Of a stretch of DNA of 64,000 bases, positions 58,615-64,000 are shown in pieces. The notes below the pieces were generated by a model. It searched no databases and was not told the DNA's origin. It was given only the letters and a program-made list of their open reading frames with translations. The stretch lies in NCBI GenBank assembly GCA_039810425.1, contig JBDHWW010000004.1:1-64000 (forward strand), written 5' to 3'. This stretch comes from Pseudobdellovibrionaceae bacterium (GTDB taxonomy: Bacteria > Bdellovibrionota > Bdellovibrionia > Bdellovibrionales > Bdellovibrionaceae). The translations under genes and the position numbers were made by a program. Each line of letters opens with the position of its first letter. Within the stretch, counting starts at the first letter, position 1.

Positions 58615-59984
58615 GTGAAAACAAGAAATACAAAATTCTGATTATCGACGACGAAGCGCCCATCCGCGAGGTTTTGGGTGCGACCCTCAAAGATGAAGGC
58701 TACACAGTTTCCAGCGCCCAAGACGGCGTTTCGGGTCTTCATGCGATCCGCCAATTCAATCCTGACATCGTCTTTCTCGATATCTGGATGCCGGGCGAAC
58801 TCGATGGGATCCAGGTTTTGAACCAAGCCCGCAAAGAATTCCCCTTAGTGGACTTCGTGATGATCTCCGGTCACGGTACGATCGAAACGGCGGTAAAGGC
58901 AACGAAGTTGGGGGCTTACGACTTCATCGAGAAGCCGCTCTCAATGGACAAGATCACAATCATTATCTCGAATATCTTGAACTACCAAGCTGAGCGTGAA
59001 GAGAAGGTTCTTCTCTTGAACAAACTCCGTAAGAGCATCGCTCTGATCGGTGAAGCTCCGGCGATCATGGCGACAAAGCAAATCATCGCGAAGATGGCGC
59101 CAACGCAGTCGTGGATTCTCGTTGGGGGCGAAACGGGCGTGGGTAAGGCGTTGGCCTCGCAAAACATTCACTATCTCAGCACGCGCGCGGGCAAAGCCTT
59201 TGTTGATGTGAACTGCGGGACAATTCCTGAAGACCTTCTCGAGAGCGAAATCTTCGGTATCGAAAAGGGTGCGATGCCCGGTGTGGAAAAAGTTAAAAAG
59301 GGAAAGCTCGATCTCGCTCAAGGCGGCACGCTGTTCTTGAACGAAGTGGCGGTTTTGACTCCGGAGGTTCAGCACCGCCTCGTGAAATTCTACGAGACCA
59401 AAGCATATTACCGTGTTGGTGGCTCTGAAGAAATCCGTGGCGACGTTCGGATTATCGCAACGACAACGAAAGATCTTGAGAAGATGGTTAAAGAGGGCCG
59501 CTTCAGTGAGGATCTTTATTACAAGCTCAACATCATCCCATTCCGCATGCCGACGCTGCGCGAACGTCCGGAAGACATTCCAGTTTTGACGTCTTATTTC
59601 AGCGATCACGTCGCACGCGAAGGTGGCTATCTGAAGAAAGCCTTTTCTGAGCAAGCGATGGAAGCCATGATGAAGTACGAATGGCCGGGTAACGTGCGCG
59701 AGTTGAAGAACTTTATTGAGCGTGTGTACATCTTGACTCCGGGTGAGTTCGTCGATTTGCATGACGTTCGCTTCGCGGGGCTTGTGGGCGGCAAAGAGGA
59801 CGATAAAATGAGCATGGACGCGATGTCGACCTTCCGTGAAGCGCGTGCGCGTTTCGAAAAAGAATATCTTCTGAAGAAAATTGCCGAAAACGGCGGCAAT
59901 ATCAGTAAAACAGCTGAAGTTATTGGACTTGAAAGAAGTTATTTACATCGTAAGATTAAGTCCTACGGCATCGAGGTATCATAA
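58611..59984 (+). CDS. ntrX: NtrX-like response regulator (REC-AAA+-HTH)
   Basis: LDIWMP, ISGHGTIETAV, ERSYLHRKIK. Confidence 0.88.
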   Translation: MSENKKYKILIIDDEAPIREVLGATLKDEGYTVSSAQDGVSGLHAIRQFNPDIVFLDIWMPGELDGIQVLNQARKEFPLVDFVMISGHGTIETAVKATKLGAYDFIEKPLSMDKITIIISNILNYQAEREEKVLLLNKLRKSIALIGEAPAIMATKQIIAKMAPTQSWILVGGETGVGKALASQNIHYLSTRAGKAFVDVNCGTIPEDLLESEIFGIEKGAMPGVEKVKKGKLDLAQGGTLFLNEVAVLTPEVQHRLVKFYETKAYYRVGGSEEIRGDVRIIATTTKDLEKMVKEGRFSEDLYYKLNIIPFRMPTLRERPEDIPVLTSYFSDHVAREGGYLKKAFSEQAMEAMMKYEWPGNVRELKNFIERVYILTPGEFVDLHDVRFAGLVGGKEDDKMSMDAMSTFREARARFEKEYLLKKIAENGGNISKTAEVIGLERSYLHRKIKSYGIEVS

Positions 59985-61486
59985 TGTCACAAACAGCAAT
60001 TACTCCAACACGTGCGCAAAATTATCCTGAATGGTATCAGGAAGTTATTAAAGCAGCGGATATGGCTGAGAACTCTCCGGTTCGCGGTTGCATGGTTATC
60101 AAACCCTGGGGCTACGCCATCTGGGAAAACATGCAAAAGGTTCTCGACGGCAAGTTCAAAGAAACAGGCCACATGAATGCTTACTTCCCACTCTTGATTC
60201 CACTGAGCTTTCTTGAGCAGGAAGCCGAGCATGTTGAGGGTTTTGCGAAGGAGTGTGCGGTCGTCACTCACCATCGCTTGAAAGCCGGCCCAGACGGCAA
60301 GCTTATCCCGGACGGTAAACTCGAAGAGCCATTGATCATCCGCCCAACGAGCGAAACGATCATCGGCCACCAATACGCCAAATGGGTCAAGTCTTATCGC
60401 GATTTACCGATTCTCGTGAATCAGTGGTGCAACGTTATGCGCTGGGAAATGCGCACGCGCATGTTCCTCCGTACCACGGAATTCCTCTGGCAAGAAGGAC
60501 ATACCGTTCACGCTACGGCGGAAGAGGCTAAAGAGGAAACTCTGAAGATGTTAGATGTCTATGCGGACTTCGCCGAGAACTACATGGCGATTCCGGTGAC
60601 AAAAGGGATGAAAACTCCAGACGAAAGATTCCCGGGCGCTGTTGATACTTATACAATCGAAGCGATGATGCAGGATAATAAGGCCTTGCAATCAGGAACG
60701 TCTCACTTCCTGGGGCAGAACTTCGCAAAAGCTTCCGGTATTAAGTTCCTCAGTAAAGAGGGTAAAGAAGAAACCGCATGGACGACCTCTTGGGGTATGT
60801 CGACTCGTATGATCGGTGGCCTCATTATGACCCATAGTGATGATGATGGCTTGGTCTTGCCACCAAAGATCGCGCCACTTCATGTGGCGATCATGCCGAT
60901 CTATCGCAACGACGAAGAGCGCACGCAAGTTCTTGAGTACGTAAATTCCTTGGCGAAAGAAATTCGCGCTTCACGCTATGATGGTCAAACAATCATGGTA
61001 AAGATCGACGACCGCGACATCCGCGGAGGCGACAAAGCATGGCAGTACATCAAACAAGGTGTGCCCGTTCGCGTGGAAGTGGGTCCTCGTGATATGGCAA
61101 AAGGCGAAGTTTTCGTCGGCCGCCGTGATAAAGGGGTCAAAGAAAAGTCGGGCATGGCTCGTGGGACTTTTGTAGAATCTTTGCCGAAGATCCTCGAGGA
61201 AATTCAGCAAAACATCTTCAAAAAAGCCAAAGCTCATCGTGAGGCCAATACGAAGCGGATCGAGAACCTGAAAGACTTCGAAGCTTTCTTTGGCGGCGAT
61301 GCGGAATCTCAGGCGGGCGGATTTGCCCTTGTTCACTGGAATGAAGCCGCGATTGGCCACGAGCTTCTCGCGAAATTGAAAGTCACTCCACGCTGTATCC
61401 CTCTTGAGGGGCCGGTGGAAGATGGTGCCTGTATCTTTACCGGTAAGCCGTCCAAGAAGCGTGTTATTTTCGCCAAGTCTTACTAA
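59984..61486 (+). CDS. proS: Proline-tRNA ligase, archaeal/eukaryotic type
   Basis: IRPTSET, EFLWQEGHT, QSGTSHFLGQNF, C-terminal FAKSY. Confidence 0.96.
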   Translation: MSQTAITPTRAQNYPEWYQEVIKAADMAENSPVRGCMVIKPWGYAIWENMQKVLDGKFKETGHMNAYFPLLIPLSFLEQEAEHVEGFAKECAVVTHHRLKAGPDGKLIPDGKLEEPLIIRPTSETIIGHQYAKWVKSYRDLPILVNQWCNVMRWEMRTRMFLRTTEFLWQEGHTVHATAEEAKEETLKMLDVYADFAENYMAIPVTKGMKTPDERFPGAVDTYTIEAMMQDNKALQSGTSHFLGQNFAKASGIKFLSKEGKEETAWTTSWGMSTRMIGGLIMTHSDDDGLVLPPKIAPLHVAIMPIYRNDEERTQVLEYVNSLAKEIRASRYDGQTIMVKIDDRDIRGGDKAWQYIKQGVPVRVEVGPRDMAKGEVFVGRRDKGVKEKSGMARGTFVESLPKILEEIQQNIFKKAKAHREANTKRIENLKDFEAFFGGDAESQAGGFALVHWNEAAIGHELLAKLKVTPRCIPLEGPVEDGACIFTGKPSKKRVIFAKSY

Positions 61487-61984
61487 GACTTTTCAAACCC
61501 AAGATTTGCATAAATAAGTGAGCCGAAGATTATTTAAATGGTCGCTGGGCTCACCATACTTTATGCACGGCCGGATACTCGCTGATGCAGGCTTTTACCG
61601 AGCTTTATTGTTTAAATAAGGTCGGTAAAAAATATGAGGCCCTCGCTCTATACGACCGCCTTCGCAAATTTGAAAATTTAACGGATTACCGTAAGAATTT
61701 GTTCATCACCAATGAAGCTTGGATTTTCTAAACGGAACAGAGGAGGCATTACGGAAATATCCAGCTCTACTTATGCTCTTTATGACAGGTAAAGTGTTAA
61801 TTGCAGCAGTGATGGAGGCGCCGGTACCGCAACCGTGAGTGTTGATAGTAGCACGCAAGCTCAGACACAGGCAGCTGTAGAATGAATGATTTTTTCACGG
61901 GGCTTTCGTCTGTGCTCTCTTGTTATGACAGGACTGGACTTCGCTGCAAGTGCCTTCAGCTGGCAACTCTGAGAGCATTTATTT

Positions 61985-63310
61985 ATGGCTCACAAAAAAG
62001 CTTCCCAACTCGGACGACGCCAGTTTCTCCAAGGTTTGGCCACGGCACCGCTGGTGCTCACCTTTGGCGCAGCGTCCGCTCAAGAAACAGATCCAACGTT
62101 GCAAAAAAACCGTCGTGTCCCAATGATGCAGGGGTGGACGGATGAAACAGAGAGCATGGTGGTGGTCCTTGGTGCGGCGGGATGGTCTTTCAAATCTCTT
62201 TTCGGGAGCCGCATCCAAGTCAACGTTGTTAAAACTCAGACTATCAGTAATACAAACTATGTTTTATACCGTCTGCAAGTCGTGGGTCTTTTAACGACCG
62301 CCTATAGCTCGTTCGGAGTCTATGATGCGGGCGGAATATTACTCGACACGCGCAGCTTAAAAGGAATTGATCTGCAAATGTCGTCACCCCGACTTGCCGT
62401 AGCGTCATGCGCGAACTATCGCAAGCTTGATGCGCAAGAGGCGATATACGACCAGCTTCAGCAGCAAGCGCCGGACATGATTTTCTTTATCGGTGACATC
62501 GTTTACAGCAACTCCCGGGTCAGCTCCATCGTTGGTACGCCCGAGGACCCCAGCACGGCGCTCGAGCGCTATGTGCAAACTTGGATGACTGTGAATTTAT
62601 ACCAATTGGAACCGCTGATCCCAACGATCGCGGTTTGGGATGACCATGACTACGGAACCAACAACGGTGGTGCAAAGCATCCGTATAAAGCGGTGATGAA
62701 GGAAATGTTCCGCTCGTTCTATCCGCTCCCGGATCAACACAGCCGCCTTTTGTTCGGGCCGGGGGTCGCTTTTCGCTTGAGAGCCTTCGAGATGGATTTT
62801 TATTTCATGGATGGGCGCTCATTTTTCGAAAAAAAGAAAACCCAATGGGGAGACACTCAAGAAGCGTGGTTCACTCAGGACTTCACCTCCAGCGGCCTTC
62901 CGGTTTGGATTTTAAACGGCATTCAATTTTTCAATTACTTCCCCATTGTGGAGTCCGTACAAAAAAGCGCCGAGACGAGTTTTCTAAAGTTACAAACGAT
63001 GTTGCGCCATCAGAAAAGGCCAGTGGCCTTGTTCTCTGGCGATGTCCATTGCTCGCAAGTACAAGAGATCCCCGAGGCCTTCTTCGGCTTTAAAACCTAT
63101 GAAGTCACTTCCAGCGGTATTCATAGTAGTTCGGCCGGACGGGCCATGCGGCGCAAGGACGACGTAAGGCAGCTCTTCTACTATGGGGATGAGAATTTCT
63201 TAATCGTTCAGCCGGCCTTGAAGAATGCAATCATGGATCTGGAGATCAGTTGCGTGACTGCGGGCGGGGCTGCCCCTGCGGTAAATCGACCACTTCGAAT
63301 CGCCGTATAG
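61985..63310 (+). CDS. PhoD-family alkaline phosphatase, Tat-exported
   Basis: GRRQFL Tat motif; GDIVY, WDDHD, DGRS, SGDVH. Confidence 0.88.
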   Translation: MAHKKASQLGRRQFLQGLATAPLVLTFGAASAQETDPTLQKNRRVPMMQGWTDETESMVVVLGAAGWSFKSLFGSRIQVNVVKTQTISNTNYVLYRLQVVGLLTTAYSSFGVYDAGGILLDTRSLKGIDLQMSSPRLAVASCANYRKLDAQEAIYDQLQQQAPDMIFFIGDIVYSNSRVSSIVGTPEDPSTALERYVQTWMTVNLYQLEPLIPTIAVWDDHDYGTNNGGAKHPYKAVMKEMFRSFYPLPDQHSRLLFGPGVAFRLRAFEMDFYFMDGRSFFEKKKTQWGDTQEAWFTQDFTSSGLPVWILNGIQFFNYFPIVESVQKSAETSFLKLQTMLRHQKRPVALFSGDVHCSQVQEIPEAFFGFKTYEVTSSGIHSSSAGRAMRRKDDVRQLFYYGDENFLIVQPALKNAIMDLEISCVTAGGAAPAVNRPLRIAV

Positions 63311-63311
63311 A

Positions 63312-63338
63312 TTGACAGCTACCTGGATTAGATATAAT
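63312..63338 (+). promoter_or_regulatory. Sigma70-like promoter
   Basis: TTGACA-N15-TATAAT (short spacer). Confidence 0.5.
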
Positions 63339-63368
63339 CACTCTCAAGCTTTTTTTGAGAGGGTTTTT

Positions 63369-64000
63369 ATGAAAAGTCTAAAGGGAGTTTCGGTTGTAGC
63401 AATGACGTTGGCGGTAGCGCTTTCTGCTTGTACGAAAACTGAAAAAGAAATCGTTTACCAATACCCACCGAAAGATGTTTTAGAGTCTTTCTCGACAACA
63501 ACTTGTGCAAAAAAGAACTGCGTTAAAATCGCAAAGTCCGCTTTGAACAAAACATTCTTGTTGATGATCTCTGGTAAATCGATCGGCACAGCACCTCAGT
63601 GGATGGACTTGAAACCATCTGTTGTGATCTTTCAGCAGTCAGGCACGCAGGTCGGCCTCTTTGCAGTGTCAACCGAAGCCATCTACGGCAACGAAGATGC
63701 CAAAAACCTGATCCAGGGTTTCGATGTCATCGCGGACGACGCAGACTCTGTGACCTTTGATTGGGGCGCGGGCATCACAAGTTTTCGCACCCAAGGCGTA
63801 TTTGATACAGAAATCGACTTGGGTGAGGAAGATGGCGGCATCGGCTCTTCTTTGCAAACGTTGAACTCTTTTGTAAAGAGTGTAAATGTTTCCAATGACC
63901 TGGTCGAGGTTCAGCAGATCTCTAAGGTCCTTCAGACAAAACTGGTCACTAAGAAAGGCAACCCTTTTGATCCTAAGGACGAAGGAAAGCAAAAGATTGA
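63369..64000 (+). CDS. Lipoprotein, truncated by window end
   Basis: MKSLKGVSVVAMTLAVALSAC lipobox; frame open to the end of the window; not in the ORF track. Confidence 0.8.
   Translation, partial: MKSLKGVSVVAMTLAVALSACTKTEKEIVYQYPPKDVLESFSTTTCAKKNCVKIAKSALNKTFLLMISGKSIGTAPQWMDLKPSVVIFQQSGTQVGLFAVSTEAIYGNEDAKNLIQGFDVIADDADSVTFDWGAGITSFRTQGVFDTEIDLGEEDGGIGSSLQTLNSFVKSVNVSNDLVEVQQISKVLQTKLVTKKGNPFDPKDEGKQKI

Overview
Chromosomal segment, most likely from a Bdellovibrio-like predator (Bdellovibrionota). This is inferred from gene content: a short 277-aa flagellin, many secreted proteases and lipoproteins, a GYF_2-PilZ protein, sigma28/sigma54 promoters and a split nuo cluster. Most genes are housekeeping: rsmI, phnDCE-like ABC importer, ddpX, a heterodimeric ABC exporter, nuoB-CD-E-F-G-I, ogt, a desaturase, recO, xerC, fliC, clpB, MarR-TolC-EmrAB, ribE/B/H, ntrY/X, proS and phoD. 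I saw no CRISPR array, tRNA, rRNA, transposase or prophage. The most unusual items: (1) a non-coding hairpin cluster at 200-630 with two back-to-back units of near-identical hairpin architecture but unrelated stem sequence, mostly GGA loops, abutting a ~113-bp element repeated at 45460; (2) a secreted protein whose Cys spacing and charge pattern are mirror-symmetric, predicting a ~25-nm disulfide-laddered beta-ribbon; (3) a TPR-wHTH regulator translationally coupled to a small secreted protein; (4) a 2xDUF3015-DUF4105 cassette; (5) a histone-H1-like protein carrying its own acidic tail. All calls come from motif reading only; no database search was run.
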